Shown: positions 25,375 to 38,482 of the stretch, piece by piece | How positions within the stretch are numbered: the first letter of the stretch is position 1 | How the letters are laid out: every line of letters begins with the position of its first letter | Assembly: GCF_030684315.1 (NCBI RefSeq) | Contig: NC_081379.1 | Span: 28,240,637-28,304,636 of the forward strand | Direction: 5' to 3' | Origin: Stegostoma tigrinum | Lineage: Eukaryota | DNA: 64,000 bases | Notes under the pieces: generated by a model | What the model was told of the DNA's origin: nothing | What the model saw: the letters and a program-made list of their open reading frames with translations, nothing else | The model's database searches: none | Translations under genes and position numbers: made by a program

Positions 25375-25880
25375 ATTACAGAAATTATAGCACTGAGGGC
25401 TATTTGAGCCCATCGTCCCTGCGCTGGTGCTGTCTTTTCAAGTGGAATTGATCCATTCGAATACATTTCGCTGTCCTTTCTCTCTATCCTTTCATGTTCT
25501 ATGATTTCAAGTACCTATCCAATTGCTGTGTAAATGTTATTGTTTCTGCTTCAATAACTATGTGTGGCAAAGATTTTCATTTCAAAATAAGCCTCTGAAT
25601 GAAACCAATTCTTCCACCTCTCCACTTTGTGTCCTCTTTTATAATCTTGACTTTATCCACTTTTATTGGCCGACCAACCAGCAGTAAAAATCTTTCACTT
25701 ATACCCTCTCAAAGTTAATTAAGTCAAAATATTTTATCCTTGATTCAGAATTATCATTTTCTTTTTCTGGCAACATTCCTGTGAAATTTCTTTCCAAATG
25801 CTTTGCCCTTCTACCTATAATGAGATGCCTATAACTACACACAATACTCCAAATATGCCCTAACCAATATTTAGGACAAA
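25375..25880 (-). mobile_element. Old CR1 3' fragment
   Basis: acagaaattatagcactgagggctatttgagcccatc tail; aactacacacaatactccaaatatgccctaacca is the reverse of LVRAYLEYCV. Confidence 0.6.
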
Positions 25881-26284
25881 TTCAACATAATTTGCTTGTG
25901 CTTTCAGTTTCCACTAAGTGTAAAATAAAGGAGTCAATTAACCCTTTTATCGCAAACTGCACTCCCAAAGGAAAGATGAAGATATATCCAACGATAGATC
26001 TCTCCATTCTTTTAAGTCTTCCATTTTTGGGAATAATTCCTTTCATTATCCGTTTTCTGCTCAAAATGTATGTCACATTTCTCAGAATCAAATTGCATTT
26101 GCTCCTTATCTACCCATTGCAACTGACAATGTTATATTCTAGGCATAGCCAGACATCCACAATGGGTAGAAATTAATGGCCGCAGTGGAAGATCCATCCA
26201 CAAGCTACAAAGCCAGTGGCAACTCTGCCATAGTCATTACTGGGAGTCTGATCAGGATTAAATCCCATTCAGATGGCCATATGA

Positions 26285-26880
26285 CTATAAAATCCTAAGA
26301 CATAGGAGCAGAACTAAGCCATTCAACCTATTGAGCTTGTTCTGCCATTCAATCATGGCTGATATGTTTCTCAATTCCATTCTCCTGCCTTCTCCCTGTA
26401 ACCCTGGATCCCCTACTAATCAAGAACCCACCACCCCTATCTCTGTCTTAAATGTTCTCTATGACTTGGCCTCCACAGCGTTCTGTGGCAATGAATTCCA
26501 CAGCTTTACCATTCTCTGACTAAATAAATACCTCCTCATCCCAGTTCTAAAGGGTCATCCCTTCACTCTGACACTGTGCCTCCACATCCTCGCCTCTCCT
26601 ACAAGTGGGAATACCTTATCCACATCCGCTCTATCCAAGCCTCTCAATATTCTGTAAGTTTCAATGAGATCCCTCCTTATTCTCCTAAACTCCATTGAGT
26701 ACACACCCAGAGTCCTCACCAATTCCTTACACAAAAGCTCTTCAGCACCAGGTCATTCTTCTAAACCTACTCTGGACCCCTCCAGGGCCAGCACATCCTT
26801 CCTTAGGATGAAGCTTCCCCTATTTTTCAACACTACCTGTTGCTCCACTTATCTTTGTGTCATCTGCAAACTTAGTAACA
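26285..26880 (-). mobile_element. CR1 3' fragment
   Basis: taagacataggagcagaactaagccattc tail. Homologous to 2119-2790. tgtgtcatctgcaaactt is the reverse of KFADDT. Confidence 0.88.
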
Positions 26881-26929
26881 TGGTCTCAGGACAGTGGCTA
26901 ACACAAAGCAGCCCACTTGATTGCCTGTG

Positions 26930-27340
26930 GATGTGGTGCCATTCAGTTCCTCCACCACTTGCACCAAGTAACAGCAGTGAGAGCCATCTGCAAGATGCAC
27001 TGCAGGAATGCACCAAGGATCCATTGGTAGCATCTTCCAAACCACACAACCACTTCCATCGAGATGAACAAGGGCAGCAGATACATGCGAACACCGCCAC
27101 CTGCAAGTTCACCTCTAAGCCAGCTCAGCACCCTGACTTCAGAATATATAGTCATTCCTTTACCATCACCAGGTCAAAATCCTGGAACCACCCCCCTCCC
27201 TAACAGTATTATGGGTCAACCTACAGCACAAGGACTGCAGTAGTTCAAGGTGACAGTTCACCACCATTTTCTCAAGGCAACCAAGGATGGGTAATAAAAA
27301 TGCTGGACCAGCCAGCAACACCCACAAACTGAGTGAGTCA
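26930..27340 (+). mobile_element. 3' end of a second LINE family (same as 62045-62940)
   Basis: AICKMHCRNAPRI, matching YKMECRNSPKI at ~62130. Tail ggcaaccaaggatgggtaataaaaatgctgg is shared with the SINEs at 44343, 51463 and 53618. Confidence 0.8.
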
Positions 27341-30300
27341 AGAAATATTACAGATTGCTGGTTGCCATCAGGGTATCCATGTGGTCTCTGATCAATGGCT
27401 GGCAGTCCTGCTGTGCCAATGGAGCCCAGAATATAGGTAATTGTGGGTGAACGGCTGGGGTCAGACAGGCAGACCTCGTTGAATAGGGAGGGAGGTGGTG
27501 CAGAAACTGATGGGGTGTGGCACTTGCTGTGAGTGCAGCCCTTGCCACCGGTGAGTCTTTTCAATGAGGCACATTGATCCAAGAAGAAGTGGTTCTCCCA
27601 CCAAGCCATACCCAGAGTCTATGTAAGCTTTCTGAAGTGCTGCAACCCTTATCTGGTTGCTGGATAGATACCAGCAACAGCGGGATGAGGCCCTCAAAGT
27701 TCTCAGTTGGTCAAAGGGTCATTCTCAACCATTCCTGTCCAGATTTTAATGCAGGACAGGGAGAGTAGATAGTTTAGTAGGGGTGGGGGGGTGAGATTGG
27801 CACTTGGGAAGGTGACAGGCCCAGCATCCCAAGTCTTCCTGCTGCTTTAAATGGAATTCGCAACTTCCCAGTCCGCACCTGGGATTGTGAAGCATGTGTG
27901 AATGTGAAAATACACACACTGGGGCAGGAAAATGAGCCACAAATTCACATTGAAAGAGCTGAATTTGCTGCCCCAAGCTGGTAAGTACCTCTGAGGAGGT
28001 GTGATTTGATATGACTGCACAAAATGATGTTCCACTTGTTCTGTTGAAAATGAATGAACTTTTCCCATACTTTTTCTTTCACAAATATTGCCACCTATTT
28101 TGAGCCAACTTGAAAATGGCATTAGGCACTCAGTTAACTTTCTTCCGCTTTTTGACTGCTTGTTGTTTTGTTTTCCAGCAGCAATTGAGAATTGCATCAG
28201 ATGACTTTCAAAACTGTCTTAGAGCAACACAGCGACAGATTTCACATTGCCACTGAATGCCTTCCAATGTGATCTATACAAATGAATGAAATCTTTTCAA
28301 GAAAGGAGGACTCCCTGAATCAGAAACAAATGCTGATTTCCCGGTGACAATTTCAGCCCTAGGACAAAACTGGGATAGTTGTCTCCTGCAGCAATGGAAA
28401 TCCCAATCTCATCTGGCTGACAACAATCATTTCAAGACGTTCTGATCACAAATCAGAACATGTTGTTAACAAGTGGACATGGCGCATATTTAGAAGATTC
28501 TCAGCAAATGTTTATTTGTGGTGTTTGTCATTGTATTCTTTAATCTGAGTTTTACAAGGGACCCGAACTGAGTGAAGGCCAGGCATAAATGGGTTGACTC
28601 CAATGTTTAAAAATTTGTTCATTGTTGACAATGGGATAATTGCATTGATTTTTCCATGTTTGTGGATGCTGATAAATGCTGGAGAAAGTTTAATCTGTGG
28701 TAAACTTAGGAAAAAAGTCTTCTCCATCATTCTGTTGGTATGGAGTAGATTCACTGCCATACTTGAAATGACTCGTCAAAACGGTAGCTAATCAAAAGGA
28801 CAGGGAACTTGTAACATGTTGTCATCGACATGAATGTATATCTATACCCTGAGAGTTAGAGATGTCAAAGATAGCCCTGAAAAACCAGCAGGTGCAGAAC
28901 ATTTTCAGGCTTGTTGAAACATTTTAGTGATAACAGAGTTTGTTGTCTGTGTGGTTGATGATGGCATGCACAATGCAGGCCCCACTAAGCTGGCACTTGG
29001 CCACAGTGATGTGTTGTGAAAGGAGTCCAGAAATGCTTAGAGTTCAGCTTAAAGCTGGCAAGGTAGGAATTTGTCTTATCAGTGGCAGAGAGGGGTGGTG
29101 TCAAATCAGCCACCGATTATAACGATGTCTAGAGGTTGCAGTGGACCTAACATCAAGTGGTATGTAGAATAGGTGAACAGGGCACTGCATGTATCGGTTC
29201 TCCTCCCCTCTTCATCCCACCACCATCACCTATTCTCCATCAACCACTGTTTTGCAGCAACACCTGATAACAATTTCAACTTCTATTATCTACCAGTGCA
29301 ATCGACTTTGTAAACTGCACAGCAAAAGTGCTGGATAATGTTTATAAGTTTTATTTGAATGTTTATACTAGGCATTGGAGCATTTTCAATTTGCAAACTA
29401 TTAAATATGTACTATAATCAAATAATACATTTTTTTAGACTGAGTTTGCAATGGATATGACAGCCATTAAAGATCACAATTACACACACCTACGCACGTA
29501 CATCTACAAATACCCTTAAAAAGCCACTGTGCTGCTCCAGCACTTATTACGTGCCCAATGATTGTCACAATCATAGTACATATCCCTTGAATGAAGATGG
29601 TTATAATTACAAGCACAACATAAATAGCAATGTTTTTTATTAGTCACTTTTCACAATCCAGTGTGTCCAGTCAGATTGTTTGCACTAATAGAAGTCAATT
29701 GAATGTTACAATAATGCTTAAAAGATAAAATGCCTTTCAGATTAGCTTTGGTCCATTGACTGGTAAAGAATTAACGATCCATGAAGCTCCAGAAAACACA
29801 AAGATTTGCTTAATGATGGGCCTTTCTAGTTCATTAATTTTAAAAGGAAACTTCCCATGTGGCTTAGGGTCATATCTCCTTAATAAATACCATAAAGATC
29901 AGCTACAGAAATCATGAAATTGTGCACACATACACTTACGAGGAACGTCCATGCAGCTAAGAACCCATTTAGTTCTTAACATTTATCAGTGCAAGTGCCG
30001 AATTACCCGAGACCAAACAGGCATAAACTCTATAACATGCATCTACAAAGTAGATTATAGTATGAAGCACCCGTGAGCATGAAGACATGGAAGATAAAAT
30101 ACGTATACTGTAGTTAAAAAAGATCAGCACAAAGGTCCAGTTGTAAGTCACGTTAAAAAATCTATTCTACTAAGATACAATATGACAAATTGAAAATGTG
30201 CAAGGAAATTCTAATGGCATACTCTGTGGAGATCAACACACCACCTTCTCAGTGAAAGGCTTCATGTCATTCTAACCTGCAAAAACAGAACAATTTGTTG

Positions 30301-30671
30301 AACATCTCCTCATCATTCTGAGTCAAGCACTCTTTACATCTGTTTTTTTTTTATTTGGAAGGCACAGTGGTGACATGGGGATGATTTTAAGTAGAACAGG
30401 GCAAGAGTTTGAGCTTGTTAACTCTTTCTCATCCTGAGTACCATAACGGAAGCTTTGAACAATCCAACCTAGATATGATTTCTTGTACTGTACAGAATCC
30501 TTCAAGGAGGAAATCATTTCAAGGTGAAATCACACACGCCTTGGAAAGGTAGAACTTGGGGAAGCAAGAGATTGAAGGCACATGATAATTGATAGAGTTT
30601 TTCAAAACTTTTGAAGCGTATTAGAGAAACATCAGGTGATTGATTCAGAGTTATTACCCGAGGGCAAGTAT

Positions 30672-31252
30672 ATAGAGTCATTGAGCCACAGAGCATGGAA
30701 ACAGACCCTTTGATCCAACTCATCCATGCCGACCAAGTTTCCCCAATCAAAACTAGTCCTACTTCCTTGCATTTGGCCCTTACCCCTCAAAACCTCTCAT
30801 TCATGTACCTGTCCAATTGTTTCTTCTAAATGTTGTAATTGTATCTGCATCTACCACTTCTTCTGGCAGTTCATTCCACATACAACCATCCTCCGTGTGA
30901 AAAAGTTGCCTCTCAGGTCACTTTGAAATCTTCCTCCTCTCACCTTAAAAATATAGCCCTCAGGCTTGAACTCTTCCACACCAGGTGAAAATGCCTTTGC
31001 TATTCATCTTATCTCTCCCCCTTCATGATTTTATAAACCCCTATAAAGTCATCCCTCAATCTCGTACGCTCCACTGAAAATAGTCGCAGCCTTTCCTTAT
31101 AACTCAAACTCTCCAGTCCTGGCAACATCCTGATAAATCTTTTCTGAACCCTCTCCAATTGAATAATATCCTTCCTATAGTACAGCCACTAGAACTGTAC
31201 ACAGTATTCCAGAAGTAGCTTCACTAATATCCTGAACAACCTCAACAACATG
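30672..31252 (-). mobile_element. HER1/CR1 LINE 3' fragment
   Basis: agagtcattgagccacagagcatggaaacagaccctt tail; agaactgtacacagtattccagaagt is the reverse of LLEYCVQF. Confidence 0.88.
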
Positions 31253-31799
31253 AATTGTTCCCAAACAAAAAGCAAAAGGCAGAGAAACATGCAGCACTCT
31301 GAAGACAGATGAGCAGAGGACGTATTATAGAACATGCAGTTGGGAATCCATTATTCGGGAATGGAAGGGACAAACAGTGGAAGAATTGGAATCACAATTG
31401 GTACATAGGGTTGCAAGCATAGACGCATTGATGTGATCAGGGATATGGAGAGTGTATAAGATGGTGCTTAAGGAGGCACAGGCTGTAGAATTATCAGTTC
31501 ATTATGATTTGGAGTCTGAGAATAAAGCTGATTCTCAATATTGTGAAGGCTTTGAGGTTTCCGGCTGGAGAGAGAGTTCAAAACATAAAAGGCCAACATT
31601 CTGGAGGAATGGACATCGCTGCCATGCTGACCAAAAACTGCATAAAAACTTTGTCACATTTTATTGGTCTCCAAACTGCTGCTCCTTTTTTCTCAGAGCC
31701 TTGTGGCACACATATCCTATTTATTACAATCTTCTCACTGCAGCATACCCTATTAGAGGGACATATAACGAAGAACATCCATTCAGATGGTACGGTTCA

Positions 31800-32070
31800 C
31801 AACTTCCAATCATCCCAAAGTGCCTCACAGCCAATGATTTGTTTTCAGAAGTACTGTTCAGAAAGTACTGATGAAGTGATATTGTAGTTCAGAAAACTGG
31901 AGTGGCCAATTTGTGCACAACGTGATCCTAAGAACAAGGCAATCAATTTAGTGATGTTCATTGAGGGATAAATATTAGCTCAGTTGCCAGTAAGAACTAC
32001 TGAGCTTTTCTTCAAAATAATGCTTCGGGATCACTTTCTCCACCTGAAAAGGCAGCTGGGATTAATGTCT
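31800..32070 (-). mobile_element. DeuSINE-like core and tail
   Basis: gccaatttgtgcaca..gtgatgttcattgagggataaatattag..ttcttcaaaataatgcttcgggatc..ccacctgaaaaggcag, similar to the Deu domain (recall). Confidence 0.65.
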
Positions 32071-33224
32071 TAGACACCAGATGTCAAATAGCTGCTGCTT
32101 TAGGCGGAACTTTCAAATAATAGTCCCTACTGAAACAGCAAGGGCTATAGCGAGTTGAAAACCTGTGGATGCTTCAGTGGACTATACTTAGCTGTTTAAC
32201 TGAACCACGGCATTACTGCCTAGCCTCCTGCTTCCCAGTTAGAACAGGGGTGCAGAATGCTACACCAGACATGCCAAAAGGAAGGTTGTTTTGAATTCAA
32301 GGGACCCCAACAGCAGCCACCAAATCGAGAGAAATCCTGTGAAGATTACTCCCTGGGCTCTTACCAGGAAGTCCTGCTGGAGTCTCTACGAACTGCAATG
32401 AGGTGAGCTCATCTGTGAGGAAGGTATGGGTGCAAGTGGCTGAGGAGACCAGTTGTAGGAGTGCAGTCCTTTCAATCTGTGTGTGTACTAATGGACTCAG
32501 TGCCCAAAAATGACAAGATTGATTAATGACATCCCACTGTGTGTGCACAGCCCCATATTCTGACTTTTCAAGCATTCTCCAGCACAGTGCTCCCTAGAAC
32601 CATACATCTTGCAGCTACACTGATTTTCTATCTCTTCACGATTTGGATGTCTCCGTGAGAGCAGCGAATACACACAACTCACTGAATGCTATGCCATATT
32701 GCACCAATGCCTGACAGACAGCCTCCAAAAATGTTACCCTTCCCTTCCACCCATACAAGGCATTCCTGACACTCATTATTCTCTGTTCACTCTCCTTGCA
32801 GGGAAAGAGATCATACAACATTGAAGAGATGTAGGGACCCACTGACAGGTCAGTGACGAAGCATGCCCGTATGATTCACTGGGAAGGAGGTCCAATCCCA
32901 GGATGTCAGTAACAATTTGCTGTGAACACTGAGCATCCAGAGGCATTGGTGCTAAACATGTCAAAAAACCTGATCCCCTCTCTGCCTGTAGAGCCAGTGC
33001 TATGGGTCTTGCCTTCTTCCAGCTCAAACTTGGTGTTCATCCCCTCTGCCCTGTAGAGCACAGGTAGCTGGGAAAGCAGCTGGTGATGCTACTCTTGGTC
33101 TAGCTGCTCCTCTTGTTCTCTATCAGAGGTCCAAGATTGAGGTGCCACTGTTAAGTCAGAGAGTGGGAACGCAATTGAAGAGGATTTAAAAACTGAAGTA
33201 AATTCAGACAAATTGGCAATGCCA

Positions 33225-33590
33225 GACTTGCTGGAGCATTGAACGAGGCTATTCTGCCCATTATACCTGCACTAGGTCTTCACAGGAGCAATTAACCTCG
33301 TGCCACTCCCCATCTTCTCTCTGTAACCCTACATGTTCTTCCCTCTTAAGCAACCATCTAACTCCCTGTTAAGTGCCCTAAATGAACATGCCTCCGCCAT
33401 ACTCTCAGGCTAATATTAACCACTTTTTGCAAGGATTTTCTTCTTTTGTCAATTACCTTAAATCTGTCCCTCCCCCCCTTTATTTTTAAAACTTCCACCA
33501 ATAGGAACAGATCTTCCCTATCAAGTCCATCCAAAGCCTTCATGAATTTGAATATCTCTATCAAGTCTTTTCTCTCCTTCTCCAAAATTA
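33225..33590 (-). mobile_element. CR1 3' fragment
   Basis: ORF 33358-33585 KDLIEIFKFMKALDGLDREDLF is a CR1 ORF2 C-terminal motif. Confidence 0.8.
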
Positions 33591-33673
33591 GCCACCGGAC
33601 CCATTTGTGATGAACAGTCCCGAGTCATTTGCTGAGAGGGTGCAATATGCAATAACCAGCATGGGAGGTTGGC

Positions 33674-33702
33674 GGGGGAGGGGGGGGGGGGAAGGGGGGG
33701 GG
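33674..33702 (+). repeat. Poly-G tract (potential G-quadruplex)
   Basis: gggggaggggggggggggaaggggggggg. Confidence 0.8.
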
Positions 33703-33750
33703 AATGGAAATCCTTGCTCATTTTGACCTGATGTCACAAGATTTCTTGGG

Positions 33751-33851
33751 ACAAATGCAGAGAATGATGGAGAATCTCAGCAGGTCCAGCAGCATCTATG
33801 GAGGGAGAAACACAGAGAATATTTCAAGTTCAGTCTAATTCTTCTTTAGAA
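33751..33851 (-). mobile_element. Old PLE 3' stub ending at a degenerate HHR
   Basis: ggagaatctcagcaggtccagcagcatctatggag..tatttcaagttcagtctaattcttctttag. Candidate TSD ttc(t/a)tggg at 33743-33750 and 33852-33859. Confidence 0.55.
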
Positions 33852-33874
33852 TTCATGGGCCGATGGAGTCAATG

Positions 33875-34228
33875 TTGAGGACTCGAGATCAATCTTGACA
33901 AGTTGGAAATGGAATGGATGTTTCCTCTTGTAGGCAAGTACGGAAATAAGGAGAAATGTTTAACATTCAGGATGACATCCTCAAAACAGAGATGAGAAGA
34001 AAGTATTTCTTTCAGAGGGCTGTATGTGATTTTGGACATCTGTTTCAGAAGGCAGTGCAACTAGAGTCACTGAATATTCAAGACAGAAATGGATTGATTT
34101 TTTATTAGGAAGCAAAGGTTATCCAGGATAGATGGAAATGTGGAATTCGAAAGGCAAATAGATTGGCTATGATCTTATTGAAAGTTGGTGCATGCTCAAG
34201 GGGGTCATATTACTTCTGTTCCTATGAC
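33875..34228 (+). mobile_element. CR1 3' fragment
   Basis: ggatgtttcctcttgtagg..gagatgagaagaaagtatttct..ctatgatcttattgaa..ttcctatg. Confidence 0.75.
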
Positions 34229-36963
34229 TCTGTCCTTACTGTGTACCATTCTGCAGCCAACTCCACTAGCTCGTTCAACAGTGTTGCAGGATGGAACTTG
34301 TAAGGTATTAATTGAAAGAGGATTAAAAGTGATACTGAAAGAAAATGTTCTTGCATTTACATTAGCTCTGTGTCACTGCTTTGCAATGATATTTCAAATC
34401 ACTTTCATTTGTGTTGTCAGCTTCAATATATTTTGTGGAATGGAAAAGCATTTGTGTGACAACTCATTTGCAAAGTGAAAATCTTGTTGAATTGTGATAC
34501 AACAAAGAAAAATTCAGGTGACAACTGTGAAATACTGCACCGTATTAATTGGTTAAACAGTCATTAAACTCTACACAACCACACAGAACTGACAGTGTGC
34601 ACTGAAAGTTAAAATAATGAACATTAGTGTACAGATAACAAAATTATTTTGTATCAATGGCTTTTGGAAAAATAAGAGGCCACCGATGTTGTAGCACAAG
34701 TATGAAAGATACTTAGTTGTCATCCTGTTTAACCTTGATGCAGCGTTCACTGCAATGTGCAGTGCACCATTTTGCTGAAATCTAGAAGTAGTTTTCTTTT
34801 CAAAATAGTCAAAAGGAAGTTCATCACATGTACAATTATATTAGACTGCCATCTGAAATTAGAGAGTCAGAGGCAGCATATTGTAAAAAACTGCTAAGAT
34901 CACTGACGGGTTTGCATTGTGCAAATATGCATAACTTACTGAGCCAGGCAAATTTATTTTTCAGTAATATGATTTGTAATAAAAAGTCATTTTACTTTCA
35001 ATGCACGAATTAATCCCATCAGAGTAATCACTATAACTTTAAAAATCCAAATATTCCCCATTCAAAGTGAGAATCAACAAGTAAGCCAAAATAGTTGCCA
35101 CACGGACAGCATTTCCGTGGCGGTGAAAATGCTGGAAGATGCCAGGAATCCCAAGGCCCTCCCTGAACCTAGCGTTGACATGGGTAGGGTGCAGGGAGTG
35201 TAGTTCGGAGGAATGTTTTATCGGTCACCACATTATTGAAGATATGGTATGGCTTGATGGAGGTAAGCCACCCTTTGCAATTGTGAAGAAGCATATGGAT
35301 AAACTCAATGGGTCTGCCAAAATTGTCAAAGAACTGACCAAAAGGAGTAATTTTTTTTAAAAAAGTACTAAATAGTTCAGATATTCACAATGGCTGATTC
35401 TCCAAATTATCATTTTCATATTGAGGTACCTTTCAAGAATGTGATGAACAATTCCAACCGCTTATAGAATGGAAATGTTTGTTTCCATAAGGCATTGAGC
35501 ATTTGAGTGAAATGCTTGCTTATATAAGGGATAAATTCACAGTATTGACAGTGTTTTCTGTCAGCCTGACTTTTGAGATAACAGGTGAACTGGCATGGGT
35601 AAGGAAGGGTCAAGACTGATGGGTGCAGGATGTGAACTGGCACTGGGTTGGTACAGGATCAATAAAGTACCTGGGGGATGCTGGACTGCTCATAGAGTAT
35701 GAGGGGCCATGGAGATGGATAAATTGACTTAAGACATAATATGGGCCTTCAGTCATGATGGGATAAAAAGGGCCATGGGGCTATGTACAAGGGCACAGCT
35801 GGCATGGGTGGGGGCATGGAGAGTGTGGTTAGAGACCAACAAGGATGTTTTACATTTTACTATGTATTTTGAAACTTTGAATACAGTGCCTGCATCCCCA
35901 AGCAGGTTTTCTGTTCAGCCTACATGTTGGTTATCTGGCTATACAATTAGCTTCACAACTAGCTTTACAATCAAAGTCACGAAATACATATAGGAGTGGA
36001 AGATATTTGGCTTCATTGGATAACTGAATTATTATTCACCTTCTCTTGAAGCAGCTATTATGCAGCAACACAGCATTCAGAAATTTAATTAGCAGGCTGA
36101 AAAATCTGGCCCATTTTCTACTACAAGGATGGTTCTTAAAAAATCTTGCTGTTGCATTTCCCATGTTGATGGTCACTGAAGTGACATTTTTAATTATTGA
36201 TGCGAGACATTCAACAGGTATGGGCCTTATTTCCTTAGTACATAATTAAAGTGCTATAAGGAGCTAGAATCTTACCAGTTTCATCTGCTTTGTAATATAA
36301 GCTGTGAAATAGCTGGTCAGCTCTCGGACAGGCTATTGGATTGGGCACCATTCTGCACAGAGAAACTGGCACTTCTTCAATCTTGCCAATCAACTCATTG
36401 GTAAACATTACAACAACATACATGGTGTTGACAATAAAAGCAGTTTAAAAGTCTGTATCCTATCTAAATCTTCCAGCTGGGGAGATATAACAACAGTGAA
36501 TGCACATGGCTAGGATGGATAAGGTAACAAAATTTACGAAAGACTTTTCATAAATTATTTTAAACTGTGATCCAATGCATTCTGTGCATAAAAAAGGAAT
36601 CCTTCAAATATCAAATAATAAAAATACAGTTGCTCATTTTTTGGGCTGTAAAGTTCTTTCATTAAGCCCATTCAACAGTAGAATTGTCTCTTATCTAGAG
36701 ATGCAATAATTTTCCAATTCCACTGCTACTTTAAAAAGTATTTATCTAAATTATGTATTAGTCTGAGTGCACAAAAATCATCAATTAGTAGCTCTGAATT
36801 TTTAAAACGGTGACCTTTTGTGGTCCCACTTTTGCGGTTTGCGTGGAAGTCATTTTAGTTCTAGTTTCAGTTCTTCAAATTGAATTGTAGAGCTGATCTT
36901 AATCTTATATTCTTGGGAAAGCAGTTTTACCTCAGAATGCAAGTAAGGCTTCCTATATTTTTG

Positions 36964-37178
36964 GAGATAGTAGGAACTGCTGATGATGGAGAATCTGAGA
37001 TACCAAGATGTAGAGCTGGATGAACACAGCAGACCAAGCAGCATCAGAGGAGCGGGAAAGCTGATGTTTCAGGCCTAGACCCTTCTTCTGAAAGGCATCC
37101 AGACCCGAAACGTCAGCTTTCCTGCTTCTCTGATGCTGCTTTGTCTCCTGTGTTCATTCAGCTCTACGCCTTGTTATT
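36964..37178 (-). mobile_element. PLE family A fold-back mini-insertion
   Basis: Arms join at the HHR core (~37088). TSD cta(t/a)atttttg at 36953-36963 and 37179-37189. Confidence 0.9.
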
Positions 37179-37221
37179 CTAAATTTTTGCCCTTGTTTAA
37201 CAGGCACATTTCTGAAAACTT

Positions 37222-37360
37222 CAAAACAAAAACCAAAAGAATGGTGGATGCTGGAAATCAGAAACAAAAATGTTCCAGTTTTTAAGGGTGGCTAGATCCA
37301 AAACGTTAACTCCGATTTCTCTCCACAGATGCTGCCACTTCTGCTGAGGTTTTCCAAAAC
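37222..37360 (-). mobile_element. PLE family B mini-insertion (tail plus inverted HHR-bearing arm)
   Basis: aaaaaccaaaagaatggtggatgctggaaatcagaaac + agggtggctagatccaaaacgttaact. TSD tttc(t/c)gaaaactt at 37209-37221 and 37361-37373. Confidence 0.75.
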
Positions 37361-38456
37361 TTTCCGAAAACTTTAAGTTTGCTGTTACACCTCTTGATTA
37401 ATTCATACACAAGTGTATGAGAAATGCTGAAAAATAATTTGAGGCTGAAATAATAATCGGTAACCTTATTGATCACTTCCAAAGTTATTGATACCCAAAC
37501 ATTGTTCTTACTCCAAAGGATGATTTTTAATTTTGTCTCTGCTTTATTATTTTGTCTGGTTTGAAGAATAGAAATTTGTCATAGTGAGTAACAGGCAGGA
37601 TTTTTAAATGCATGATATTCTGTTCCATTAAGACAAGTGAAAGGAGCAACCCATGTGATAATCTATATTTGTGCCACCAGAGACAAATTTATGCCTTGAT
37701 TTTCATAAGAGATTCAGTCACAATTTTCACCTTTCTTGTGGGTCAGCCAAGGCTGAATTGGTGACACTCTCACCTCCCAGTCAAAATGTTCCATATTCAC
37801 GTCACTAACCCAGTAATAGTAATGGCATTGACCATCAAGGGGAGATGATTAGATTCTTGCTTGTTGGAGATTGTCATGGATCTCAAATTACATTCCTCAC
37901 CAGGCACTAATATGAGACAATATACACAGAGGAACACTCATTGCTGTTTGCATCAGATACCTAAGATTAGATTTTCCTCTATGATTTAATTATATTAAAT
38001 ACAGGTATGAGTAAATCCTGGATGTACAATACAAAGTTATAGGTCTCCAATCTATTCTGTGTTCAATTTACTGTTGTCCAGAAAATAAAAGATGAAACTG
38101 GGAGGGGTGGGGAAGTAGAATGCCTTATGAACAGCCATAAATCCAACAGACAGAATACAAAGCAATGTTTTGTTTCTCTCCACAGCATTTTCTTTTCGGA
38201 GCTGAAAGATTCCTAGAGTTCTAACCTCCACAAGGAAAAGAACCAAACATTTTCACAATTATTCTGAATGCTGTAATTCTTCAAAGAGACAGACCAACTC
38301 CTATAAGGTAAAAAATTTGCATTATGTACTGAAGTTCTGAATATGTCATCAGCAGCATATATCTCTACCTCCCCAGGCTCAGCTACCTGTTCTTTCTTTT
38401 AAATGGACTCATCCCTGCATATTTATACTTTCTCCCCAATCCCCTCCTTATGGTAG

Positions 38457-38482
38457 AGGCAAAAAAAGAAGCCGACGAGCGG
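38457..38482 (+). CDS. Candidate host microexon (26 nt, or 24 nt from 38459); gene unidentified
   Basis: Consensus donor CGG|GTAAGT at 38483. TAG acceptor after a ~70-nt AG-free pyrimidine-rich tract with ctcat branch-like motif. Three retained CpGs. All three frames open. Confidence 0.4.

Noticed and set aside
26664-27203. 179-aa ORF
   Set aside because: Chimeric read-through across an antisense CR1 and a different LINE, in non-native frames.
31452-31887. Overlapping 139 and 127 aa ORFs
   Set aside because: They span degenerate repeat fragments and show no recognisable protein features.
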